This document shows, one piece after another, positions 20,588 to 29,070 of a stretch of 64,000 nucleotides of DNA. The notes below the pieces were generated by a model. The model ran no database searches. It was not told the origin of the DNA and saw nothing but the letters and a program-made list of their open reading frames with translations. Source of the stretch: an uncultured Gammaproteobacteria bacterium (GTDB taxonomy: Bacteria > Patescibacteriota > Microgenomatia > UBA1406 > HO2-37-13b); contig CAZTFB010000001.1 in assembly GCA_964612595.1 (NCBI GenBank), positions 387,058 to 451,057 of the forward strand. The letters are read 5' to 3'. Position numbers and translations under genes: made by a program. The stretch's first letter is position 1. Each line of letters opens with the position of its first letter.

Positions 20588-21795
20588 AATTAATGCTCTT
20601 CATCATACAGTCTGCATTGCAAGATTTTAAAAGAAATAAGATTCGCACGTCATTAACATCGCTTGGTATTCTAATAGGTGTTGCCTCTGTCGTTCTTTTA
20701 TCAGCACTTGGCGTCGGACTAAAGACCTACATAAAAGGACAATTTGAAAGTTTGGGTACCAATCTTATTATCATATTTCCAGGGAAGGTGTTCGGCGATG
20801 ATGGAAACTTTAGAAACAGTGAGGCTACTGGATTAGGTCAATTTTTTGACGAAAAAGATGTGCGGGCTTTGCGAAGGATTAAAACCCTCGGCGATGTGGC
20901 ACCTGTTTTTACACGTACGATTAGTGCCTCTTATGGCTCCAAATCGAAGGTAGGTGATATTTTTGCAACAACGGAGAATATTTTTACATTGAGAAATCTG
21001 ACCCCAGCTGCAGGAAAAGTCTTTACCTCATCAGATGTTGATAAAAGAAGCAAGGTTGTGGTAATTGGAAGAAAAATATCAGACAAACTCTTTGATGATC
21101 CTGCAACGGCAATAGGAAAAAACGTCAAAATCGATACACAAAGTTATCGCGTCATTGGCGTATTAGAGTCAAAGGGTGGAGGTGGATTGGGAGGTCCTGA
21201 TTTTGATTCATACATCTATCTACCATATACTTCAGGTCTTTCATTTAATCCAAATAAACAGTTTCTATATTTTTATATAAAGGTGAATCGTGAAGAGGAT
21301 ATATCTGAGGCAAAACGATTAATCCAAGAGTCGTTTCTAAAACGATATGAGGAAGACGATTTTTCTGTTGTTGAACAAAAAGAAATACTTAATGCGGTAA
21401 CCTCTATTTTTGGTGTGTTGAATAATCTCCTCGTTATGATTGGCGCAATCTCACTTATTGTCGGTGGTATTGGCATCATGAACATAATGTACGTCTCAGT
21501 TGTTGAGCGAACAAAGGAGATAGGTATCCGGCGAGCCATTGGTGCAACCAAGAAAGATATTCTTTTACAATTTTTGACGGAATCGGTTCTCTTGTCGCTT
21601 TTGGGAGGAATGGGTGGTGTACTTGTATCTTATGGTATTACACTCCTCATATATAAATACTTTCCCGCGCAAATTACCACAACATCTGTAGTAATAGCAT
21701 TTGGTGTGTCATCATTGGTAGGCATTGGATTTGGTGTGTTTCCTGCGCGAAAGGCAGCAAATCTGTCGCCAATAGACGCTATACGTTACGAATAA
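20584..21795 (+). CDS. ABC transporter permease, MacB/FtsX-like
   Basis: MacB_PCD-like periplasmic domain between TM1 and TM2. The C-terminal FtsX domain has ERTKEIGIRRAIGA. Confidence 0.85.
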   Translation: MKLMLFIIQSALQDFKRNKIRTSLTSLGILIGVASVVLLSALGVGLKTYIKGQFESLGTNLIIIFPGKVFGDDGNFRNSEATGLGQFFDEKDVRALRRIKTLGDVAPVFTRTISASYGSKSKVGDIFATTENIFTLRNLTPAAGKVFTSSDVDKRSKVVVIGRKISDKLFDDPATAIGKNVKIDTQSYRVIGVLESKGGGGLGGPDFDSYIYLPYTSGLSFNPNKQFLYFYIKVNREEDISEAKRLIQESFLKRYEEDDFSVVEQKEILNAVTSIFGVLNNLLVMIGAISLIVGGIGIMNIMYVSVVERTKEIGIRRAIGATKKDILLQFLTESVLLSLLGGMGGVLVSYGITLLIYKYFPAQITTTSVVIAFGVSSLVGIGFGVFPARKAANLSPIDAIRYE

Positions 21796-22885
21796 GAGGA
21801 AGAAGCTTTTCTTTAAACGCATCTGCAGTATATTTCTCTGACTGGTGTCGTGCTGCGGCTGACATCTGAAGGTATTCTTTTCTGGACAGTTTTTCTAATT
21901 TATTTATTGCCTCTGAGAGACTCTCGCGTGTTAGATCCGCGAATAGAAATCCATTTTTACCGTCTTTAACAGTTTCTTTTAATCCTCCTGATGCGTACGC
22001 AATAACGGGGACACCATGACCCATTGCCTCAACAGGTGCAATACCGAATTCCTCATCAACACCAGCGTTCAAAAATGCTTTTGCACCTCTATATACATCA
22101 ACAAACTCCTTATCCTTGATATGTCCAAGAAACTCTATAGTAGGACCAGCTAAGGATCGTAGGAATGCCTCATCTCTACCTGAACCAATAATTTTAAGAG
22201 GTAGTTTTAGCTTATTGGCGGTAAGGATAAGTACATCAATATTTTTTGCTCGCGCAAACCGAGAAAGAGTAATATAATATTCTGGTTTGCGCAGTTCAAT
22301 ATTAACCTCTTCAGGGATATACACAGGTGGATATATGACCGTAGCTTCTCTACGATAGAACTTTTCAATTCGCTTCTTTGTCTCTTCAGAATTCGCCACA
22401 AGAATGTCTGGTCGTTGACTACTTATGTAATCCCATTTTCTTAAAAAATGATTAATAATATGTGCGTACATTCTTACTGGAAAATATTTTTGCCACTCAA
22501 CGGCGGTTTCGTAATAATAGAGATATCTTGGCTGATGATGTACATAAGAAATATGTTGCGTACCATCTTTAGTAATAATGCCCTTTGACATAAACCACCC
22601 TGAGGAAGAAATAACGACATCATAATCAGAAAAATCAAAGGATTCCCAGATCCATGGGGCCAAAAAACGGAGTGGTGAGTAAAGTTTTTTGAAAAAAGGT
22701 ATGCGCATTGCCCACGATGTCCGAATATTCCAAGCTGCAGAGCCAGGAACTCGACGAGTTAATATCTCTTTATTGTATGCTGCGGTGTGTACGTCTGCCT
22801 CAGGAAAGATTCTCTTAATTGCAACAGCAACTCGTTCTGCTCCACCAAATTCGAGAAAGTGGTCGTGTACAATCGCTATTTTCAT
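21779..22885 (-). CDS. GT4 family glycosyltransferase
   Basis: MKIAIVHDHF..GGAERV at the N-terminus and EEFGIAPVEAMGHGVPVIAYASGGLKETVKDGKNGFLF at the C-terminus. Confidence 0.85.
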   Translation of the reverse strand: MKIAIVHDHFLEFGGAERVAVAIKRIFPEADVHTAAYNKEILTRRVPGSAAWNIRTSWAMRIPFFKKLYSPLRFLAPWIWESFDFSDYDVVISSSGWFMSKGIITKDGTQHISYVHHQPRYLYYYETAVEWQKYFPVRMYAHIINHFLRKWDYISSQRPDILVANSEETKKRIEKFYRREATVIYPPVYIPEEVNIELRKPEYYITLSRFARAKNIDVLILTANKLKLPLKIIGSGRDEAFLRSLAGPTIEFLGHIKDKEFVDVYRGAKAFLNAGVDEEFGIAPVEAMGHGVPVIAYASGGLKETVKDGKNGFLFADLTRESLSEAINKLEKLSRKEYLQMSAAARHQSEKYTADAFKEKLLPLIRNV

Positions 22886-22945
22886 ACGTTGATTATACTA
22901 GAAGACCGCAACCTCTTCAGGATCGTATCCTGCTATAATTCTGTA

Positions 22946-23716
22946 ATGAACATATTTCACACAATTATTCTTGGGCTTGTCGAAGGCATTACCGAGTTTC
23001 TTCCTGTTTCATCGACTGCACACCTTATTCTGACAAGTAAATTTCTTGGATTAACGCAAAATTCATTTCTTACCACCTTTGAGGTTGTTATCCAGTCAGG
23101 AGCGATATTGGCAGTGATCTTTATTTATGGAAAAAGATTAGTTAATAACAAAAACCTCCTGAAAATGGTAGCAATTTCATTCATCCCTACCGCACTCATA
23201 GGATTTATTCTTCACGATATGATTAAAACCGTTTTCTTCCAGTCTGAGATACTCATCGTTAGCATGATTGGTCTTGTTGGAGTTCTATTTATTGTGATGG
23301 AGAAATACTTTCAAAAACATAGCGTTAAGCTTGACAGAGATGAAGCATCATTCCTTGTCCGTGACGCACTACTTATCGGACTTTTTCAAAGTTTTGCCGT
23401 TATTCCTGGAGTATCACGTGCAGGAGCAGTTATTATCTGCATGATGCTACTTCGGTACAAAAGAAAATTTGCCGCTGAGTATTCTTTTATCCTCGCGATT
23501 CCGACGATACTTGCTGCAACGGGTTTAGACCTACTTAAATTTGAAGGCGTTTTTACTTCAGCTCGCATAGTGTATTTTGGTGTTGGTTTTATCACTGCAT
23601 TCATCTCAGCCCTATTTATTGTGAAATGGTTTACCTCGTATTTAGAAAGAAACAACCTCATTGTTTTTGGACTCTACCGCATTATGCTCGCACTTGGATT
23701 TTTACTGTTCCTGTAG
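22946..23716 (+). CDS. uppP: Undecaprenyl-diphosphate phosphatase
   Basis: MNIFHTIILGLVEGITEFLPVSSTAHL and PGVSRAGA are the BacA/UppP signatures. The track start 22787 would overlap the divergent GT4 gene, so the start is moved to ATG 22946. Confidence 0.9.
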   Translation: MNIFHTIILGLVEGITEFLPVSSTAHLILTSKFLGLTQNSFLTTFEVVIQSGAILAVIFIYGKRLVNNKNLLKMVAISFIPTALIGFILHDMIKTVFFQSEILIVSMIGLVGVLFIVMEKYFQKHSVKLDRDEASFLVRDALLIGLFQSFAVIPGVSRAGAVIICMMLLRYKRKFAAEYSFILAIPTILAATGLDLLKFEGVFTSARIVYFGVGFITAFISALFIVKWFTSYLERNNLIVFGLYRIMLALGFLLFL

Positions 23717-23750
23717 CTCAATATTATCTTGTATAATACATACGTTGATT

Positions 23751-23823
23751 GGGCGTGTAGCTCAGCGGTAGTAGCACTACTCTTATAAAGTAGGGGTCAA
23801 TGGTTCGAATCCATTCACGCCCA
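23751..23823 (+). tRNA. tRNA-Ile: tRNA-Ile (UAU anticodon)
   Basis: GGGCGTG TA GCTCAGCGGTAGTAGC A CTACT CTTATAA AGTAG GGGTC AATGG TTCGAAT CCATT CACGCCC A. The acceptor, anticodon and T stems pair fully and the anticodon reads TAT. Confidence 0.8.
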
Positions 23824-23840
23824 CCGCTGGGTTTGTTACT

Positions 23841-23913
23841 GGTGAGATAGCCAAGGTGGTCACGGCGGGGGTCTGAAAAACCTCAGATGTCAGTTCGACT
23901 CTGACTCTCACCA
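23841..23913 (+). tRNA. tRNA-Phe: tRNA-Phe (GAA)
   Basis: GGTGAGA TA GCCA AGGTGGTCA CGGC G GGGGT CTGAAAA ACCTC AGAT GTCAG TTCGACT CTGAC TCTCACC A, with anticodon GAA. Confidence 0.85.
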
Positions 23914-23922
23914 CAGATAACA

Positions 23923-24207
23923 TTAATGAAGGTGTACGTCGTCAGGAATTCTAGGATACTCCAGGCATGTATTGTCTCCCATGTTCACCACAACTACTTC
24001 GTGAGGATCTGTAAAGAAGACGGCATGATCTGCTTGCATAACCATAACTGCACCATGTGGCGAAGATAAGTCTGGCAACTCAGCAAGAATTTTTCCGCAT
24101 GTAATACACACGAGTCCAAATGCGGTATTATAATCAACACTCTCTACGTGTCCTTCAATTTTCTTGATTAGTTTACCAGAAGTCATACTGTGGCCATTAT
24201 ATACCAC
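23923..24207 (-). CDS. Hypothetical protein (94 aa)
   Basis: ORF lying between tRNA genes. No motif recognised. Confidence 0.4.
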   Translation of the reverse strand: MVYNGHSMTSGKLIKKIEGHVESVDYNTAFGLVCITCGKILAELPDLSSPHGAVMVMQADHAVFFTDPHEVVVVNMGDNTCLEYPRIPDDVHLH

Positions 24208-24250
24208 ATCTGGAATATGTGAGCGTTAGTTGGTATACTATCAGTGTATT

Positions 24251-24325
24251 GCGGGTGTGGTTGAATGGTACAATGCTTCCTTGCCAAGGAAGAGGTCGAG
24301 GGTTCGATTCCCTTCACCCGCTCCA
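24251..24325 (+). tRNA. tRNA-Gly: tRNA-Gly (GCC), CCA encoded
   Basis: GCGGGTG TG GTTG AATGGTA CAAT G CTTCC TTGCCAA GGAAG AGGTC GAGGG TTCGATT CCCTT CACCCGC T CCA. Confidence 0.9.
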
Positions 24326-24331
24326 AACTTC

Positions 24332-24538
24332 ATGTTTTTAAAAAAACTATCACTTATCATTGCTGCATATTTCCTTGTTGGATTATTCATGGGTTACGTT
24401 GGCATACAAATAAGCTGCCAAAATCCTCTTTATGCATGCATATCTATAAGAGAATACCTTACTGATCCTTGGATAATTCCAAATACCTTTTTGTGGCCAT
24501 TTGTATTTCTTAATGGAGTATATATATTTTTAGATTAA
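24332..24538 (+). CDS. Small membrane protein (68 aa), hypothetical
   Basis: The track ORF 24230..24538 overlaps tRNA-Gly. The internal ATG at 24332 gives MFLKKLSLIIAAYFLVGLFMGY..., which has two hydrophobic helices. Confidence 0.45.
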   Translation: MFLKKLSLIIAAYFLVGLFMGYVGIQISCQNPLYACISIREYLTDPWIIPNTFLWPFVFLNGVYIFLD

Positions 24539-24539
24539 A

Positions 24540-24857
24540 ATGAGTACGCGTCCGCTAAAAATACATAAAGCTCTCCAGATTATACCTAAAGGAAAAGTTA
24601 CAACGTATAAACTTCTTGCACAGTATGTGGGCATAGAAAACCCACGAGTTGTGGGTCACATTCTTCATAACAATAAAGACGGAGACTTATATCCATGTCA
24701 TCGAGTAGTTCGATCTGATGGAAAAATTGCGACAGGTTATGCAATGGGTGGTCCAACAGAACAACGTAGAAAACTGGAAGAGGAGGGTGTTGCTTTTTTA
24801 GCAAATGGAAAAGTAAATTTTAAGACTTCGCTATATACATTTACCCTACAGACCTAA
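24540..24857 (+). CDS. Methylated-DNA-protein-cysteine methyltransferase, single-domain (MGMT/Ogt C-terminal domain)
   Basis: The active-site motif YPCHRVVRSDG (PCHRV) is preceded by a helix-turn-helix (TTYKLLAQYVG). At 105 aa it is only the DNA-binding/active-site domain. Confidence 0.8.
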   Translation: MSTRPLKIHKALQIIPKGKVTTYKLLAQYVGIENPRVVGHILHNNKDGDLYPCHRVVRSDGKIATGYAMGGPTEQRRKLEEEGVAFLANGKVNFKTSLYTFTLQT

Positions 24858-24927
24858 CCATAGGCTTTATTTGATATAATAACCTAAACCTTGCTCGTAT
24901 TGGTCGCATCAAAAAGAAAGGATCAGC

Positions 24928-25182
24928 ATGGCAACAAGAGTAACGTTTCAAAGGCTTGTCGACATTCTCCCCACACTAAGTCTAAGGCCAGGAAAAGATC
25001 GACAATTCGTCGTGACAGACCGTACTAGGATTGGTAAAGAGGAGGCCGGGGTACTAAGCGATCTTGCCGAACGATATAGCCTCTTTGCCTTCCCTCCCCG
25101 AGAGAACAAAGTGACGATCTATCGGCCCAAGAAGCAGCCAAGCGATGGTTCTATTAGAGTCACCAGCATCAGGCTGGATTGA
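24928..25182 (+). CDS. Hypothetical protein (84 aa) in the GC-rich islet
   Basis: ORF with an upstream AAAGGA, followed 25 nt later by an 11-bp hairpin. No recognisable motif, and the composition is atypical for this window. Confidence 0.4.
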   Translation: MATRVTFQRLVDILPTLSLRPGKDRQFVVTDRTRIGKEEAGVLSDLAERYSLFAFPPRENKVTIYRPKKQPSDGSIRVTSIRLD

Positions 25183-25206
25183 CTCCTTCATTGCGAGCAA
25201 GGAGCA

Positions 25207-25231
25207 GGTGGCCGGACACAGTCCGGCCACC
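25207..25231. terminator. Perfect 11-bp stem / 3-nt loop hairpin between convergent ORFs (candidate bidirectional terminator)
   Basis: GGTGGCCGGAC aca GTCCGGCCACC followed by TCTTCTT. The U-tract is weak. Confidence 0.5.
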
Positions 25232-25303
25232 TCTTCTTACAGACATACTCAACTTTACTGCTATAGGTTATATTGGTATAATTAATGATTCACGAGCTCG
25301 TTC

Positions 25304-25621
25304 TCAACAACGACACAACAAAGAAGGGAAGGAAAGCATTAAAACAAGTCCCAGATCAATTGTTGCTCGTATTGACAGACTTGAACCCGACAACTTATAC
25401 TCGACGAATCGTTCGACTTCAAGTTCAGTCGCGGCAACAGCGCCAATCTGATGCAGCTGCTTGCTGCGCGGGATCGGGAGGGCTGCCAAGTCACTGACTT
25501 GGGCTCTGATCTCGGACATCGTGTGACGAGGGTCCGAAGCTCGAGGCCCACGGCCGAGTAGCAGAGCTACGACGGCCGCATCGCACCCCGCTCCGACAAC
25601 AGTCGGGGCGGGGTGCTTCAT
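25304..25621 (-). CDS. Hypothetical ORF (105 aa) in the GC-rich islet; coding status doubtful
   Basis: An open frame only. Its first 13 codons coincide with a 14-bp hairpin whose single wobble pair works only in plus-strand RNA. Confidence 0.25.
   Translation of the reverse strand: MKHPAPTVVGAGCDAAVVALLLGRGPRASDPRHTMSEIRAQVSDLAALPIPRSKQLHQIGAVAATELEVERFVEYKLSGSSLSIRATIDLGLVLMLSFPSLLCRC
25584..25615 (+). other. Strong 14-bp GC-rich hairpin (CACCCCGCTCCGAC aaca GTCGGGGCGGGGTG)
   Basis: All 14 positions pair. One pair is U-G in the plus-strand transcript and would be an A-C mismatch in the minus-strand transcript. It lies 57 nt upstream of the EamA start. Confidence 0.6.
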
Positions 25622-25671
25622 ACATATAATTCTTCTTGCCTAACACAGACTCACCCGTTATACTGTGCGAA

Positions 25672-26568
25672 ATGAAGATTAAATACTACGGCCCACTCCT
25701 TATCGCTTTCGCCGCATTCCTATGGAGCCTCGATGGGTTACTTCGCGTGAGTCTTTACTCCCTCCCACCGGCAACTATAGTTTTTTGGGAACACGTTCTT
25801 GCAGCATTCTTCCTTGCACCATTTATGATCTCGCGCCAGAAAGAAATAAGGCAGCTCACAAAAAAAGAATGGGTAGCTATTCTTTTGGTCAGTCTGTTTT
25901 CTGGAGCTCTTGGAACTACCTTATACACAGCTGCGTTAGGTAAAGTGAACTATATTCAATTTTCTGTTGTGCCGCTTCTACAACAACTCCAACCTATTTG
26001 GGCAATAACAACAGCTACCATTATTCTCAAGGAAAAACTTAACAAGCAGTTTCTCCTTTGGGCGGGTCTCGCAATCGTAGCATCGTACTTTGTGACCTTT
26101 AAAGATTTGACGGTAAATTTCACAACGGGTCAGGGCACTATTATTGCGGCAGCACTTGCATTATCAGCAGGAATAGTCTGGGCTGTCTCAACATCGTTCT
26201 CCAAGATAGTACTTAAGAGAACTTCGTTCTGGACTGCAACATTTTTACGCTATTCTTTAGCCCCTATTTTTGCGCTTACGTTTATATTCGCCCTTGGCCA
26301 GCAAAATACAATATGGGTTGTTACATCAAGTCAATGGGTAAAGCTTTTAGCGATTACTTTTTCAACAGGCGGTGTTGCCCTTTTAATTTATTACATAGGG
26401 CTTAAACAGACTCCTGCCCGCGTCAGCGCGATTGCTGAACTCACATGGCCGGTAAGCGCTATCGTTATTGACTATGTGCATTTCAAGAACGTTCTATCAA
26501 TAACACAAATTCTTGGTGCGGTTGTTTTGATATTTGCAATGACAAAGGTTGCACGATTCAACAAATAA
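25672..26568 (+). CDS. EamA/DMT-family transporter
   Basis: Ten TM helices in two EamA-like halves. Start placed at ATG 25672 (MKIKYYGPLLIAF). Confidence 0.75.
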   Translation: MKIKYYGPLLIAFAAFLWSLDGLLRVSLYSLPPATIVFWEHVLAAFFLAPFMISRQKEIRQLTKKEWVAILLVSLFSGALGTTLYTAALGKVNYIQFSVVPLLQQLQPIWAITTATIILKEKLNKQFLLWAGLAIVASYFVTFKDLTVNFTTGQGTIIAAALALSAGIVWAVSTSFSKIVLKRTSFWTATFLRYSLAPIFALTFIFALGQQNTIWVVTSSQWVKLLAITFSTGGVALLIYYIGLKQTPARVSAIAELTWPVSAIVIDYVHFKNVLSITQILGAVVLIFAMTKVARFNK

Positions 26569-26569
26569 T

Positions 26570-26941
26570 ATGTGGCTCGAAGGACATGTGCTTCATGGTG
26601 ACCAAACAGGTCGCACCATCGGCTTCCCCACAATAAATCTACAAACTTCGATTATAGAAAAAAATATGCCTCACTTAGAAAAGGGTGTGCATGCTGCTCG
26701 AGTTAAGATTCATAATAAAGAATACAGTGGAGCACTTTATTTTGGTCCGCGTGTGGTAAAGAATGAGTCGAACAATGTCTTGGAAATTTTTGTGTTAGAT
26801 TTTGATCAAGAAGTGTATGGTGAGAAAATTAAGTTTGAGATTGTACAATTTGTACGACCAATCATGAATTTTGATTCGCTTGAAGAGTTAAAGACACAAA
26901 TAAGAAATGATATTCGATCTATCGAACAGCTCCTCTCGTAG
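26570..26941 (+). CDS. Riboflavin kinase (stand-alone RibF C-terminal-type domain)
   Basis: GDQTGRTIGFPTINL...GVHAARV...YSGALYFGPR...LEIFVLDFDQEVYGEKI...FVRPIMNFDSLEELKTQIRNDI matches the bacterial riboflavin kinase domain. The ATG at 26570 directly follows the EamA stop. Confidence 0.8.
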   Translation: MWLEGHVLHGDQTGRTIGFPTINLQTSIIEKNMPHLEKGVHAARVKIHNKEYSGALYFGPRVVKNESNNVLEIFVLDFDQEVYGEKIKFEIVQFVRPIMNFDSLEELKTQIRNDIRSIEQLLS

Positions 26942-27011
26942 TTCAGACACGATCCTGAACAAGACCAGGTCTTCTCTTGAAAAGTAAACATTCGTTCACT
27001 AGAATAGAAAC

Positions 27012-28172
27012 ATGATTACACATATTGATGGTGACGCATTTTTTGCTTCTGTATATCAGGCGACACATCCAGAGACGAAAGGAAAGCCGGTCGCCATAGG
27101 TGCAGAGCGTGCTATCGCAACAGCCGTCTCATACGAAGCAAAAGCGCGCGGCGTAAAACGAGGCATGCTCGTAAGCGAAATAAGAAAAATCTGTCCAGAC
27201 TGTATTATTGCATCCTCGAACTATTATGTTTATGAAACATTCTGTCGAAAAATGATTGCTATCGTAGACCGCTATAGTCCCACAGTAGAGCGCTATTCAA
27301 TAGACGAAGTTTTTGCAGAAATAGACGATCAAAAAGCTGCGTTTTTAATGAAAGAAGAAATTGAACAATCTCTCAATATTACCGTTTCTGTCGGAATGGC
27401 CACATCAAAATGCCTTGCAAAAATTGGCTCGAATTTTAATAAACCATCTGGATTTGTCGTCATATTGCCGGAGACACGCGAGGCTTTTTTATATAAGACA
27501 CAGATAGGTAATGTGTGGGGTATTGGTAGTCGCCTTAGCAAAAAAATGGCCTTATTAGGTATAAAGACCGCTTTGGATTTTGTGCAAAAACCTGCGCATA
27601 CTATCAAAGGATATTTTAATAAAAGTGTTCTTGAAATTTGGCAAGAACTACAAGGTGTATCCATATACAAACTCAATACGAGTACAAAAACCACCTACAA
27701 GTCCATTCAGAAAACACAGACATATACGCCTGCCACAAATAATAAGGCAGTTCTTTTAGCCCGCCTTCTCGACCATATCGAGAAGGCGTTTATTAAAGCT
27801 CGCCGATATAATTACCGTGTGGGGGCACTGCATATATTTCTCAAAACACAAAAGTTCACCTACCATTCAACAGAGATTAAACTTCCTGAAAAAATTATGT
27901 TTCCATTTCTTATTCGCCCGCTCATACACGCAGCATTTGATCGCATATTTAAACCCCAAACACTGTATCGCGCAAGCGGCTGTACGATTTCTGAATTTCA
28001 GAATGCTGAAACATTCCAAGAAACGCTTTTTTCACCGAATGGGGAATATGAGGAAAGGTTGAAAAAATTTTATCCACTCATCGATCAACGAAAAATTTCG
28101 TTTGGGTCAAGCCTTTATCGTAAAGAAAACGTTAGCAAAATTATGTTCCAATACCAAACGATTACTTCTTAA
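27012..28172 (+). CDS. dinB: DNA polymerase IV (Y-family translesion polymerase)
   Basis: MITHIDGDAFFASV...KGKPVAIG...SIDEVF...SVGMATSKCLAKIGSNFNKPSG are canonical DinB/UmuC motifs. Confidence 0.85.
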   Translation: MITHIDGDAFFASVYQATHPETKGKPVAIGAERAIATAVSYEAKARGVKRGMLVSEIRKICPDCIIASSNYYVYETFCRKMIAIVDRYSPTVERYSIDEVFAEIDDQKAAFLMKEEIEQSLNITVSVGMATSKCLAKIGSNFNKPSGFVVILPETREAFLYKTQIGNVWGIGSRLSKKMALLGIKTALDFVQKPAHTIKGYFNKSVLEIWQELQGVSIYKLNTSTKTTYKSIQKTQTYTPATNNKAVLLARLLDHIEKAFIKARRYNYRVGALHIFLKTQKFTYHSTEIKLPEKIMFPFLIRPLIHAAFDRIFKPQTLYRASGCTISEFQNAETFQETLFSPNGEYEERLKKFYPLIDQRKISFGSSLYRKENVSKIMFQYQTITS

Positions 28173-28980
28173 GACAATATCTATCGTTACCATCTTTGAC
28201 AATAAAGCCTTCATCAATCAACTGCGCAAGAGCATCATAGCGATGTGCAACATCGTAGTGTTTGAGGCCTTTACTTATTGCATCCTTGTTGAGCAGTGCA
28301 TGTTGTAAAAATAATTTTAACAACGCTCCTCTCACCTCTCGCACAGAGCCCTTAAACTTGCTTTGTTTTCTATAACTTTTACTTCTCTGCGAGATATTGC
28401 CGTGTTCTTTTTTGAGATATGTACCATAATCCATAAGTGACAAGTACCACTTTCTTGGATCAACACCACTTAGTAAAATCTTATCCTGAAGCTCCAAAAT
28501 TTTGTCATCGTGAACTGCCTCCCTATCATCAGTAAACAAATGGTAAATATAAACTGTGCGAATATTTGTTTCTATATAATTTTCAGTTTTTCCAAATCCA
28601 TACACACAAATCGCAGCAGCGGTATTGCGGCCAATACCTGGAAGTGAAGTAAGATTCTCAATGTTACCCGGGAGCTTTCCATCAAAGTCATTCATTATTT
28701 TTTGAGCAGATTCATGGAGCCACTTAGCACGACGATTATATCCAAGACCACTCCACATATGAATAACTTCGGAAAGTGGCGCCATTGCAAGATCTTTAAC
28801 GAGGGGATATTTATCAATAAATTTTTCATAATATCCAACCACTCTTTCTACCTGTGTTTGTTGGAGCATGACTTCTGAAAGCAAGATATGAAATGGGTCA
28901 CGTGTTTCTCTCCAAGGCATAGTGCGATATAGCTTCGATCCTTCTTTTAATACGATATCTCGGAATTTAATAAGTTGCAT
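28162..28980 (-). CDS. MutY-like HhH-GPD adenine DNA glycosylase lacking the 4Fe-4S cysteine cluster
   Basis: PWRETRDPFHILLSEVMLQQTQV, GLGYNRRA and the HhH LPGIGRNTAAAI are present. The protein has only two Cys in total and no C-x6-C-x2-C-x5-C motif. The 3' end overlaps dinB by 11 nt (convergent). Confidence 0.75.
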   Translation of the reverse strand: MQLIKFRDIVLKEGSKLYRTMPWRETRDPFHILLSEVMLQQTQVERVVGYYEKFIDKYPLVKDLAMAPLSEVIHMWSGLGYNRRAKWLHESAQKIMNDFDGKLPGNIENLTSLPGIGRNTAAAICVYGFGKTENYIETNIRTVYIYHLFTDDREAVHDDKILELQDKILLSGVDPRKWYLSLMDYGTYLKKEHGNISQRSKSYRKQSKFKGSVREVRGALLKLFLQHALLNKDAISKGLKHYDVAHRYDALAQLIDEGFIVKDGNDRYCLKK

Positions 28981-29070
28981 ATTTATTCCACTGCATGTTT
29001 GACACGCCTCGATAAGTGATGAACAAGATAGTGTCGCTCAATGTACTCGACTATGTTCATGTCTCAAGGA

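Noticed and set aside
24230-24331. 5' part of track ORF 24230..24538 (MVYYQCIAGVVEWYNASLPRKRSRVRFPSPAP)
   Set aside because: This stretch is the translation of the tRNA-Gly gene itself. Only the part from ATG 24332 is a plausible small membrane protein.
24860-25670. GC-rich islet as a known housekeeping RNA (SRP RNA, RNase P RNA, tmRNA)
   Set aside because: I looked on both strands for the GGAAAGUCC-type RNase P core, the SRP GGAA/AGCA helix-8 motif and a tmRNA tRNA-like 3' end or tag ORF, and found none convincingly. It is reported only as an unexplained structured or foreign islet.
26983-26998. LexA/Cheo-box-like sequence AAAC-ATTC-GTTC about 15 nt upstream of dinB
   Set aside because: It has one mismatch to GAAC-N4-GTTC in the critical first half-site. 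There is no lexA gene in the window, and such a short AT-rich match is likely by chance. It would need a genome-wide motif search.
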